DNA of 64,000 nt from Callorhinchus milii (taxonomy: Eukaryota), in NCBI RefSeq assembly GCF_018977255.1, contig NW_024704743.1, forward strand, positions 89,902,001-89,966,000, in the 5' to 3' direction. This document shows positions 11,532-24,043 of the stretch, piece by piece (the stretch's first letter is position 1; each line of letters begins with the position of its first letter). The notes below the pieces were generated by a model that saw only the letters and a program-made list of their open reading frames with translations, was not told where the DNA came from and searched no databases. A program made the position numbers and the translations under genes.

Positions 11532-14500
11532 CTGAAGATAAAGAAGATCAAAAAGACCTTAAGTGAAGAAACAAGTTTTGCACGAGAGCTGTCTTAATTT
11601 CCGTTCCTCCTCAGGAGTATTGAGGCACTTTTGTCCTTTGAAAGAAGCTGAATTACCTTTAAACTTTTCATGCTCTGCTTGGTCTCCTGCTTTTCTCATT
11701 CACCCCTCTTCCGTGACTTCTTGCTAAGTAAATGCTTGTTCTCGTACCATACATTCACAAATTCACTGCCATTCAGTACACTGCACTACTACAGCAGAAC
11801 AAGTCCTCCAAACCCTAGTCTTTTTCAACATGGATAATGATATTCCTCTCCCCCCTTCCCTTTCTCGGATGTCACTGTAATTGGTTTGATCAAAGTTCCT
11901 TATTTATTTTACCAATACATTTAGCTTCAGATAAATGGTAGATTGTTGTGATGTCCATTATCAATCGGACTAACACTTGAATCTGATGGTACTTTGTAAA
12001 ACTGTCATTCTATCTGCCAACAGGATGGCGTAGATGATTATCCACACCTCTGTTTGTTATTTGGAGGATTTTCAATTATCAATGTTTGAAATTAACAAGA
12101 ATTGAAGAATCACAGGATCTCTGAGTGACGCATACTCTCCACAATTACTGTCTCACAACACATCCAGGATTTACTATTTAAAATCCCTTTGTGAATGTCA
12201 CGAAAGAGGCCAAGTGTTATAAACAGCTGAACATTCACTGCTCCATTTGCTCTATCGATTGAGTCTATTACCATCCACATTCTCTGTCTATTTTGAAAGT
12301 TGGCATGAGTTAATTGCTGAATTAATTTTCATGTTGACAATGATTATAGTTTAAGACACAAATTTGGATCTCTATCAGCCTGTGTGCTTCACATTAAAAT
12401 TCTGGCTGGAACAAGTGGGTTGGATTTATGATATACATTTCAATTCAACAAAGTAAACTACATGTGCAATCTTTACACTGTCAAGTGAGTTCACTTGATT
12501 ATTAATAAAAAGGAGGAAAAAAAGCTCTGAATAACGACTTAGCTTAGTGATTTTTGTTTCTTATGAACAGACACTATCTCTTTGTTACTCTCTTTGCCAT
12601 CTTTTAGATTATTGGGCATCCAGAAATTTCCTATACTGGGTTTTGTCTAACATTTTACACCGCTGTATTCTTTCAAAAAGGGCAGACTTCCCATTAAACC
12701 AAAGTCTGGATATGAGAATCATCCTCAGGCTGGGCAATAGCTTGTAAGATAATATTGTAGGATTAGAATTGTATTGTGAACCATTAGAGTTGTATTGTGA
12801 CATTGCAAACTATATATATTAATATCGATCCAGCTATTAACATCCAGTAAAGTATTTGTGTGTTACTGCACCTCACTTTGCCTTTGAAGTTGGATCAAAT
12901 TTGTTTCCACGATTTAAGATCAAATTGTCATGTGTGGAGGATTCTAAACTCCTGTGTGAAGGTTAACACAATTGCTCCAGGCATTAATCTTTCCATAAAT
13001 AATTATAAAAGCTGGACGCAAACTGTTTGATCTAGATCACAGACATGGGTGTGTGGGGGGGGGGGGGGGATGGTGGGGGGGGGGTCACTGAACATTTCCC
13101 AATCAGTTGTTTAACTGCTGTGTAAAGCTGAGGATCAGGAAAGAAAATGAATGGAAAAAGGAATGGCATCCACTGGTGAGTAATGGACAAGGGCGAGTCA
13201 CAGCCCAAGGAGGGATGCAATGAGGGATTGACCTGTGGCAAAGCAAATCATAGAGGCTCGAGAGACTTTGTCATGGTGTCAAAGGAAGAGGGATTGAGCA
13301 AAGGAGTGCCTAGAGGTAATAACTGAGAAAGAGTGTGTGGGGGTATCTCAGTCATCAATGCCAAACTGGGTGAAGGAAGAGGGGCATTGGAAAAATGACG
13401 AGGGGAAAGGAAGCAATGAGTAAAGACAATGGAGGGTATGGAATTGATCAGTGTAAGCATAGAAACAGGGTGGAATCAGATTAATTCTGAGTCAATAAAA
13501 TTGGGAAACCAAAGAGTAACAATAGTTGACATGCGGAAATTTTACTCCAGTGCTTAACTGAACACTTGATAGACAACAGCAGAGCTTTTGAATTGGCAAT
13601 CTGGAACCATCCAGCCATTCCATTTACACACAGATATTCCAGCTGTCAGTAATATCCCATCCGCACCTCAAAAAGCTCAATGAATATCAATATGATTGGG
13701 ACTTCAACTCTATCTATATATTGAAATTCTAAGCAAATAAGCCAGTTTATCACCACTCAAGCTCAACCCAAACTTTCATTGTGCAATTCAAATATATAGG
13801 ATACAAGACTTTTAACTCCTCACTGACACCAACAACAAGGCTAATCTTGTGACCTTTTATGGTCATTTTTAGAACAAATAAGTTCAGAGATTTAATTATT
13901 CAAATAATTATATTGGAGACTACATGGTAATGGCTACTTTGGACTTTCTGCTCTTGTACCTGCTAAGCTTCAAAGAAACCTTCCTTCACTCTCTTCATTC
14001 TCCCTACATCCTCACACTGAAATTAAAATTCATTGCTTATTCTTTCTTATGACCAAAAAACTATGCAACTCCTCTTCACCCTCATTCTTCCTTTCCTGCA
14101 ACAATCTAGAGCCTTTTACAATCTGAGCTATATCAAATGCAAGGATTATTATTATTATTATTATTATGAGCCTGATTTCACCTAACCTCAAGTTCTTCAT
14201 TTATATCATTTTCTCCTCAATGCTTTTGAACATTGGGTAATGTTTTGAACTATGTGCTTAGGCCCTTCACCAAGTTTCTCAATTAAAAACAAAGACATAA
14301 AATATTCTAGTCACATTCTGTGTTAAATGTTGCAGATCCTCATGCAGGGAGAAAATGTTATATATTGCTAGGATGGAGATGAGACACACTGACTGGTTGA
14401 TAGGGCTGCTCTTTGCAGAATGCTGCTAAGTAATCCAATACAGCTTCCTTAGTATTACAAATAAATAATGACTGACTTCTGGGTCATCAGGTTGCGAACA

Positions 14501-14760
14501 ACATCACTTCCTGCATGCCTGAAGTCACAAAGTGAAGTCTGTGGCACTTCCTGGAAACAGCATGCACATACAGCATCCAGGAAATGATGTTGGTGATAAC
14601 CGTACAAACCGGAATTTTGTAGCACAAGGGAAGCCAGCAGGTCTGTGCCAGAAGCCAATGCCCGATCCACAGGGCATCTGCTTTATATATGAACTCGTCT
14701 CATAAAAAGATACTTTATAACATTATGCCCTATAATTGGTACCCTTTATCTTCTCTAGGA

Positions 14761-16197
14761 CAAAAACAACCAAATTACTTTGTAAAGCGCCTTTCACGTC
14801 GGGAGGATGTCCCAAGGCACTGGACAGACAGAGTTACAGACCCGAGTTGCGGCTTGTGGTGGGGAAGGGGGGAGGGTAGGGGGGAAGCAGGGAGATCGAA
14901 AGCACGGTCGAAGAGGAGGGTCTTGAGGTGGGTCTTGAAGGTGGCAAGGGAGGGGGTGAGACGGAGGGACTGGGGGATGGAGTTCCAGAGGGTGGGGCAA
15001 AGAGGCAGAAGGCCCACCCGTCAGTAGTGGGGCAAGCAAGGCGGGGGACGTGAAATGGGCCGGAGACCACTGAGCGGACAGAGCGAACAGGATGGTAGGT
15101 GGTTAGGAGGTCGGAGAGATAGAGGGGAGCAAGACCATGGAGGGCTTTGAAGGTGAAGACCAGGATCTTGAACTGTATCCTCTGTGTGATGTGCAGGAGA
15201 GAACGTGGGCTGCAGAGTTCTGGATGATCTGCAGCCTATGGAGGGAGGACTTGGGGAGGCCGACAAACAATGAGTTTTCACAGTCGAGCCTCGATGTGAT
15301 GAAGGCGAGTATGAGGGTTTTGGCGGCCTGCGTTGTGAGACAGTGTCGGAGCCAGGCGATGTTGCGGAGGTGGGGGAAGCGGTTCATGGCGCAGATGTTG
15401 GGGAGAAAGGATAGTTGAGGGTCAAACAAGACCCCAAGGATCCGGACTGGCTTAGTAAGGTGGAGTGTGCAACCATGGATGGTGATGCTGTCAGCGCTTG
15501 AGGTGAGGAAGCGCTGATGGAAGCCAATCAGGAGAGCCTCGGTCTTGTTGACATTCAACTGAAGAAAGTTAGTTTTCATCCAGGACTTGATGTCTGACAG
15601 ACATTCTGTCAGGACAGCAGTGGTTCTGGAGTCAAGGGAGAAGGCAGAGAGGTAGAGCTGGGTGTCATCCGCAGACATGTGGAAGTTGACCCCATGTCTG
15701 CGGATGATGTCACCAAGAGGGAGCATATAGATATTGAAGAGGAGGGGATCAACGACAGAGCCCTGAGGAACACCGCACGAGATGGTCTGGGGGCTGGAGG
15801 AGAAGCTGTTTGAGGAGATGAAGTGCAGGTGGTGTGAGAGGTACGATCTGAACCAGTCAAGGACAGCGCTGTGGAGGCTGAGGTAAGAGGAGAGGCGGTG
15901 GATGAGGATAAAGTGGTCAACGGTGTCGAAAGCAGCAGAGAAGTCAAGGAGGACGAGAAGGCAGAGGGAGCCCTGGTCGCAGATGGACCGAATGTCATTT
16001 GTCACTTTGACCAGGGCTGTTTCTGCGCTGTGGGCAGCACGGAAACCTGATTGGAGGGGTTTGTGAAGGGAGTGGCGGGAGAGGAAGGAGCGAAGCTGAG
16101 AAGCAACAACTCGTTCCAGGATCTTGGAGATGAAGGGGTAGTTAGGGAGTAGAGAAGGGTCCAGGGAGGGATTTTTATGGATGGGAGTGATAACAGC
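14761..16197 (-). mobile_element. 5'-truncated L2 LINE
   Basis: 368-aa RT ORF at 15103-16209 (QSGFR, FDTVDH, GVPQGS, SADDTQLY); ~50-nt internal deletion near 15191; L2 3' end. Confidence 0.92.
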
Positions 16198-16241
16198 AGA
16201 CAAGCACAATTCTTTCTAATATAAATCTCGGTCCTGCTTAC

Positions 16242-16354
16242 CCAAAGGTGGTGTTGCTAGTGTCTGACGTCCCACAAGCTGGGCTGGTCCAAGGCCATCT
16301 AGAAAATCACTGAACTGGCTTTCTGATGCCAGCCTAACACCAGGAAAGATGAGG
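16242..16354 (-). CDS. RIMS2: RIMS2 exon (N-LIFPGVRLASESQFSDFLDGLGPAQLVGRQTLATPPL)
   Basis: Acceptor tcacag|C after a pyrimidine tract, donor G|gtaagc, 113 nt; contains the RIM signature SQFSDFLDGLGPAQLVGRQTLA. Confidence 0.96.
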
Positions 16355-16664
16355 CTGTGAGCAAAAGAGGAGGAAGAAAACGAAAATTCAGCATAATCTT
16401 GGAGGTAATGTGAAATTATGCAAAAGATTTCATACAATAGTTTTTATACAAAATTTTATACAATAGCTTAAGTATTGTACCATGTGAACAAGAATAACTT
16501 TTGATAATTTTAATTTAACAATAAGGTATCCACATATTGAGAAGAAGTGTGATCAAACTCCTGATGCACACAAAGCTTTGTGTTCATTAGCACCACTGAA
16601 TCCCATGAATTTTGCCGGATCCTATTCCTGACACCACCTGGAGGAGATACCTTCAGCATTTGTG

Positions 16665-16730
16665 CTGGGACGTCCTCCCAACGTGAAAGGCGCTCTATAA
16701 ATGGAATCTTGTTGTTGTTGTTGTTGTTGT
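16665..16730 (+). mobile_element. Minimal L2 3' tail insertion
   Basis: GGGACGTCCTCCCAACGTGAAAGGCGC followed by (TTG)7. Confidence 0.8.
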
Positions 16731-16829
16731 GGGAGTCTAAATGCGGCAAGTGGGAAGCTCACTGGACTTGTCTGAGTTTCATTGGCCTTTTTTTAATGTT
16801 CTTAATGTTCTTAATGTTCTGAATGTAGT

Positions 16830-18330
16830 TGAGTGTGAGATCTTGAAGTGGATCTGTTCTGCAACAAGGACCCAGAGAAACTGGGCAAGTATTGGGGTGA
16901 TGGAGGTATGGAGTTTGTGCAGGTGAGGATATGGGTGGCGGTGTTTTGAATTAATTAGATTTTAAGAAAGGTGGCTCTAGGGAGACCATTGGAATAATGG
17001 GGAATAATGGAGACAAATGCATGGATAATGCTTTCAGTTGCTTCGGGTGTGAGGTACGGTCAGAAGCAGGCAATGTGGCAGAGGTGGAGGAATGCTGTCC
17101 TAGTCGGGGAGCGGATGGGGGTTGGGATACTGATGCCTAGGTCATGCAAAGCTTCAGTGAGTCTGAGGGATAGGCCCAGGAGGTTTAGGAGTTCAGAGCC
17201 GCAGGAGAGAAGACATTGACGGTGGCCAAAGAGTATGGCCTTTGTCTTGTCAACATTCATCTGTGGAAAGTTGGTGCTCACCTTGGCCTTGGTTTCTGAC
17301 AAACAAGAGGACAGAACATTAGTGGAGCCGGGGATGCAGTTGGAAAAGTATATTTGTGTGAAATGCACACACATGTGAACATTGATCCCTTGTGTGCTGA
17401 TGATATCACTGAGAGGGAGCATGTAAATGAAGAAAAGAAGGGGACCAAGGATGGAGTCTTGGGGTACCCTGTAGGTGACCAGGTGGGGCAAGAGAAAAAA
17501 TATTTGCAGATATGAAGTGATGACGGTTGTCATGTAGGATTCGAACCAGGAAAATGTGGTTCCCCTGAAGGTGGATGAGGGAGAAGGATAGAATCATAGA
17601 ATCATAGAATTATACAGCATAGAAGGAGCCCATTCGGCCCATCTTATCTGTGCTGGCTCTTTGAAAAGAGCTATCCAATTCAATCCCACTCTCCCGCTTT
17701 CTCCCCATAGCTCTGCAAACTCGTCCTCCCAAAATAATTATCTACTTCTCTCTTAAAAGTTGTTATCAAATCGGCTTCTACCACCCTTACAGGCAGTGCA
17801 TTCCAGATCCGAACAACTTGTGTGTAAACATTTTTTTCCTCATCTCCCCTCTGTTTCTTTTAACAACCATTTTAAATCAGTGCCCTCGGGTTACCGACCC
17901 ACCTGCCAGTGTAAATAGTTTCTCCTTGTTCGCCCTATCAAATCCCCTCATAATTTTGAAAACTTTTATTAAGTCTCCTCTTAATCTTCTCTGCTCCAAG
18001 GAGAATAATCCTAGCTTCTCTAGCCTCTCCTAATAACGGAAGTCCCTCATTCCTGATACCATCCAGGTAAATCTTCCTTTGCACCCTCTCCAATGCTTTG
18101 ACATCCTCCTTAAAGTATGGGGCCCAGAACTGAACACAGTACTCTAGCTGAGGCCTAACCAGTGTTCCAGAATGGCATGATCGATTGTGTTAAGCAATGG
18201 AGCAGTCCCGGAGGACGAGGAGGCAGAGGAAGCCCTGGTCACAGAAAGAGAGGACTTTGCGGCTTTCACAAGTGCTGTCTCTGTGCTACGGGCAGGGTGG
18301 AAACCGGACTAGAGGGACTCGAGCAGTGAT
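16830..18330 (-). mobile_element. Old L2 LINE interrupted by a CR1
   Basis: Degenerate RT (VPQDSILGPLLF) at 16830-17587 continues collinearly at 18167-18330. Confidence 0.75.
17588..18166 (-). mobile_element. CR1 LINE 3' end
   Basis: Reverse complement closely resembles 400-490 plus 1871-2327; (ATTCTATG)n tail at 17588-17610. Confidence 0.88.
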
Positions 18331-19280
18331 GTAGAAGGGTGACTCAGATGGAATTTCTACTATACACTGTATGCTCTAGGGCCATACAGAGCACAAATAC
18401 CTCAGACTGCTTTTCACATCTATGCTGAGATCTGAATCAGGAGGCAGTGAGGACACTGCACGGCTGAGGAGGAAAAATAAGTCAGGCATTCCTTATGTCT
18501 CTCCAGTGACGCCTGCTTGCAACTGCATAGGTTGGAAATAGGTTGAGGACCAGACCAGGCTTTGCTGGGTGTGGCAATCTGCCGCAAGGTTGGGGAAAAC
18601 TCACTGTGTGAGCCTCGGCAGGAATAATGGCCATTTGGGCGAGTGGCGGAGGGTTGTTATTGAATGAGACACATATTGAATGTGGTATGAATGACCACCT
18701 TTAAGGCAGAACAGAGAAAATTGGAAAAGCACTCGAAAATCATTATTTTCAACAAGCATACCAGGGGTTACCAACATTGTGAACGAATGCCAGTCTCGGG
18801 TGTACGCAATGTGTTTACTGCACATATGTAGCTGAAATTACAAACCATCTCTCTGCGTCTACATTTCCCTAAGTTTACAAAAACATTCTCAATGGAATAC
18901 CTTCCAAATATGACTTCAACCCCAGCACGTTCAGTATCTGTAACAATGCCCCCTAAACATTTAGTGCAGGATTCCAGCACTGATGAATTTTACAATACAG
19001 TACTGCTAAAAAAAAATCTTTAAGGTGATCATACCTCCATGCCTAACGAACATACATATTTTACCATAAGACTACAACATTAAACATTGCTCTGGCTACA
19101 CCCTATTGAGTGATAACTATCTCTTTCAGGGGCCTGTCCTAACCATTCTTTTATATTTGGGGTAATTTAAAGATTGAGAACTCAGTGATGTGGAGCATGG
19201 AACCTACAGATCTTTGCTGAGCTGTGCCATTGCTATCAAAGCACATTTCGTCAATGATGACGGTTGTTATCTGGACTTAC

Positions 19281-19422
19281 TTTCCCTCCGAACTGTAGCT
19301 GTTCATGCTCCCATCTGTAGACTCACGACTTGGCTGCCGCGTCATCCTATTTCTCATTTCCACCGCCAATCCGGTTTCTGTGCTACGCTGGATGGTACTT
19401 CGCAGCTTCTTCCCCCCGGCCT
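19281..19422 (-). CDS. RIMS2: RIMS2 exon (E-AGGKKLRSTIQRSTETGLAVEMRNRMTRQPSRESTDGSMNSYSSEG)
   Basis: Acceptor ttttacag|AG, donor AA|gtaagt, 142 nt; the peptide is the conserved RIM linker before C2B. Confidence 0.95.
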
Positions 19423-22400
19423 CTGTAAAACAAGATAGAGAGACATACATGTCAGAATAGAACGAGATTTGCTGCACTGTGAAACTCGTGGTGTAGCAGA
19501 ATCCTATCTGCTACTTGCCTTTCCACAAAACTGTAGGAGGAAATATCCTTCAACAAATTTAAGTTCTGTGTGATAACAAGGGTGCATATAAATAAGATTG
19601 GATGACGCATAAAAGTGAGACGATAAGACAATGGCATTTCCTCTCCAACTACCAATATCCATCACATTTCCCTTTCTGCCAATGTCTACTCTTCATCTGT
19701 ATGTTATCTGGGTTGAGGATTTCACCATGGCCTGCATCAATGTCCTCTCTGATGGGAATGGCTTTTTCTGGATTGAACTGGTGCTTTTAGCTTATTCTAA
19801 GGGGCAATCTCTTCCCTCATGTTCCTCACCTTCACTGGACCATTCCTTAGAGTCATCACTCCTGAATAGTGCCTCATCTACCAGCCTGGTCTGATGAATG
19901 AGCAGAGGGAAAGGAATTCAAACTCAGACCCTCTACTGGATTTGTTTTATATCACCTACAATTATATCATTCAAAGTCAAAAGCTGATAGAATAAAATAT
20001 AAGCTGCACAATAATTATGAATTCTTAATGTTTCAAGCTACAAATATAGTTAAAACTGCATAGAATGTCACAAGATGAAAAAATTATCTGGTAATAAAAG
20101 TAAATAAAGCTCTGTGAAAATAAATCCAATTTTTCATTTTGGACAGATAACATTGCAGCATTTCCAGCTTCTTTCTCTCTGATGAAAGATGACAGCTGAC
20201 TCTCTACATTGAACTTGTTAAAGCTCTGTGTCCAATTGATATGACAAGGCAAAGCAATGCTTGGTCCTGTCATTGACGCCAACTACGCAAGCATCAAACG
20301 TGTAAATATGCAGCCTTGGCGTCCTGACCTGCCTTTCTGCTCACTGCCACACTGCAACATGGCAGTCCAATCAAGCCACGAGATACACTGCAGACTTCAC
20401 ATTTGGTAGATATACAATCTCTTCAGTTATGAATCTGTTAAAATCAATTGGATGGCTGCTTGATGCTGTCTCTAAACTACATTTTGAGTAGTGTCCTGGC
20501 AAGGTTTTTCATGCATAGACTCTACATGTGCAAAATACTAAAAAGAACTGTAAATTGAGGCAAGCGTACAACATAGAACGTTTACAGCACAGGAGGAGGC
20601 CAGTTAGCCCATCGTCTCTATGCCCAGAGAATAAAACACCTCCCCTCTTAACTTAAAAGATAATAATACTAATCCTTACATTTGATGTAGCGCCTTATCA
20701 CGTATTCGAGACATCTCAAAGCGCTTCGCAGGATATACTGTTATATATATATGTAATAAAAATAGTCAATACATTTGCCACTAAGTGCATTGAGATACCT
20801 TGTGGACTTGATAAGTTGCTATAATAAATGCAAGGATTATTATTATAATGTTATTACAGTTTTAATAACTCCGCAAAGGTAGTTTCTGAATGGTTTTCAG
20901 TGACGTGTAAGCCAGACCAATAACACTTACATATGATTGGATAGTACTTTTCTTAGTATGTTTAACTTTGTAAAGTAGCTACTTTTTGCAGGAGATTTAA
21001 CTATTTTGTCAAGTCATTTCTGAATAGACTTCTTAACAGTCCCAGTTACATTAATGATTATAGAAACAATGCTTGTTTTATACTGCCACATCCGTCCACA
21101 TTCAATTTATATACCAATATTTTTCTTGATCTTCCCTAGTTCCTTATTTCTTATGTTGCATCACTTGGGATAGCCACATCAATAATGCTGCATGTACAAT
21201 CTAGTTTTTTTAACGATACTATTTGGTTTCTTACAGCTTACTGTTCTATCTGTATGTACTTGTGATTCCCAAATTTTTGTGATGTTATTTTTCAGTGTCA
21301 TTTTTGGTGGGTGATATTATTACTATGTTACATCACTTTGCATCAAAAGCTGATATTATTCAAACTCAGGAATTTAGCTCATAGTTTAGGCTAGGGGAGC
21401 ACTGGATTGTTATATTTCAATCAAGACATTAAACCAAGGTCCTATCTGGCTGTACAAATGACATTAAATATCTAGTTACACTGTTCAACAAAGAATTTCT
21501 CCCACTATCCGGGCCAACAATCCTCCAGGTTGTGTTTCATCTCATGGTTGCTTGTAGTACCTGACTTGTGCAAAATGTTACAAAAAAAAGTCACTACACT
21601 TGCCAGTAATTATTGGTGAAATGCTTTGAGAAGTTTCTACGATAAGGTACTATAAAAATACAACTTTGTTTTTCTGTATTGTTGCCAGTGGGAAGCCTGC
21701 ATTTTAATTTCTTTTGGAAACTTTAGCAATAGAGATTGGAATGACCCAAATTAGAGACATTGCTCCTGAATAGGTAAAAAACAATCAGGACAAAAGAGAG
21801 TAAACAATTAATAATAATAATAATCCCTGCATTTGACATACCATTTTATCACATCGTCAAGACATCTCAAAGCTCTTCACAGAATATCCCATAAAGTGGA
21901 TTGACTGTTTATTTTGTGAGTGAAACATAGCAGCCAATTGCACACAGTAATGTCCCGCAAACAGCCATGGAGTGAATGACCAATTTTATTTGGGGGATTT
22001 GTTGGCCAGGACACCAGGAGAAACTTTCATCCGAAGGACGGCTGTTAAATCAACTTCACCCACAAAATATACAGTCAGTCCACTTTACAGTGTATTTTTT
22101 GAAGCACTTTAGATGTCTCAATGATGTGATCAGGTGCTATATCAATTATTATTATTATTATATGCATAAGGACTTGCTAGAAAATATCTGGCAAATTTGT
22201 TTATCATGATTCTTCCTGCTCTGATTTCCGTTTGCTTATTAAACCTGATTTAATGACAGCACGTTTATTTCAGCACTTAGTCAAGGCAACAGAGGTTTTT
22301 TTTTCTCCATTAAGTCTAATTATGGTAATAACTTTAAATAAGCTTCAGCTTGTAATCATCTTACTCTACAGCTGATACCTTTGCTAATCAGCTCCCAGCT

Positions 22401-23716
22401 ATAAATCCGAAAGCGAAGCACGTTTTCAGAGGTACTTCATGTAACTCATGTTCTACAATGAAAGAGCTGCAAACCACCAGCAAAATGCCAAATAAAATCC
22501 GGATTTTGTTGTACCACCTTTTTTTAAGGTCTCTACATTGCTATGCTACCAGTGCACCCACCCCCAAAATTAATTGGAATAGAATGAATCAATAGAATGA
22601 ATGGCAAACAGTTATAATAATAAAAAATAATAATCTTTACATTAGATACAGTGCATTATCAAGTCATCGAGATGTCTCAAAGTAATTGTACCTATAACTA
22701 TATCACCAAGTAAGCTACAATTGCCCTTAACCCATCCATGACAACCTCCACATATTGAATCCCTATAAACACTTGCTCTTGGATTTAAATGTTTGCTCTA
22801 TTTGGTCCGATTCAGGGTACACGTTTAAGATAATCACAGAAATCATGAGAGGATAGGTTAGAAAACATAAAACATGATTGAAGCAGCATCCATAAATTCT
22901 TTTAAAAGTGAATTAGGTAAATGCTTGAAAAAGAGGAATGCAGCATTAAAAGATTTGGGGAGCAAGCAGGAAAGTGGGACACAATTAGATGGCCTTTTTG
23001 GAGAAAACTGCCAGCATTGACTTAACAGAACAAATAGCCTGGGTCTGTGTTATTCCATCATATTATTCAATCAATTCAAATACAACTACGTTGTAACAAA
23101 AAAGAGTTTAAAAGCATTTAAAAATATTGGGACTATGCTTAACATAAAGAACAAGAAAATACACTGAACATTGACTGAAGAGCAATCCTAATGAGAACAA
23201 ATTCTGTCTGAGAGCAAATGTTATCTTTCTGCATCGTCCCATTGCAAATTGCGATCTATCTGAACTCTTGACTGGAACAAGGTTTCATTTTTGAGTACAA
23301 TCACATACATTGATGCTGAGGAAGGCTGGACAGTCAGATTGAGAAACTCTTTAGTCTCAGAAAATTTCACTGCCACTTTTAGAGAGTTACAAAGTTGGTC
23401 AGTGAGTACTTTTGCAAGCAGTTATGAACTAGCAAATACAGTACATGAATCATATGATAGAACTCTGGCTGTGGAAGTCTACTCTGATTAGTTTCTAGAA
23501 ATCAGATGTATGTTTTTCAATGTCTGTATTTACCTTCATGTATGTGGGTATATAGATTTACGGGACAAAATTTGTGGTGTTCCCTGAAGCCTGAACTTTT
23601 TCTGGAATACTTTTAAGAAATAACAGCAGATTTTATAACCTCTCCAGGTAAATGTCTTGTTCTTCTCTGGCTTCTAGTGCCAATTTGAATTTGTCAATGT
23701 TAATCCCACACATCCC

Positions 23717-24043
23717 GTGGAGTCCTGTAGCTCAATGGTTAGAGCACTCGCTTTGCAAGCGAGAGACCTGAGTTCAATTCCAGGCAGAGGGCGAAACCTT
23801 GGGCAAATTTCCTTACTCCACACGCCTAATAATAATCCCTCCAAAACCCAAAACAATAGTAAATTGGTCATTTTCAATCTACGACTGTTTGTGGGACATT
23901 GCTGTGCGCAATTGGCTGCCGCGTTCGCCCACAAATATACAGTCAATTCACTTTACAGTGTGTTCTGTGAAGCGCTTTGGGACGTCCTCCCGATGTGAAA
24001 AGCGCTATATCAAATGCAAGGATTATTATTATTATTATTATTA
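23717..24043 (+). mobile_element. Full-length young tRNA-Ala-derived SINE
   Basis: Box A TAGCTCAATGG, anticodon arm CTCGC-TTTGCAA-GCGAG (TGC), box B GAGTTCAATTCC, L2-like 3' end, (TTA)n tail. Confidence 0.92.

Noticed and set aside
13050..13085. G-run or G-quadruplex (similar run at 25950-25990)
   Set aside because: Simple homopolymer tract, common and prone to sequencing error; it is C-rich on the transcript strand.
15103..16209. 368-aa ORF as a functional or domesticated reverse transcriptase
   Set aside because: It is a truncated L2 ORF2 with YADD changed to SADD, an internal deletion and no endonuclease domain.
19828..19920. Cryptic minus-strand exon (pyrimidine tract plus CAG near 19892, GAAG|GTGAGG donor)
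   Set aside because: It hits a stop in the phase required by the upstream exon and has no RIM homology; there is no support beyond motif-like sites.
23717..23790. tRNA-Ala(TGC) gene
   Set aside because: It is the head of a multi-copy SINE, has no proper acceptor stem and runs straight into the SINE body.
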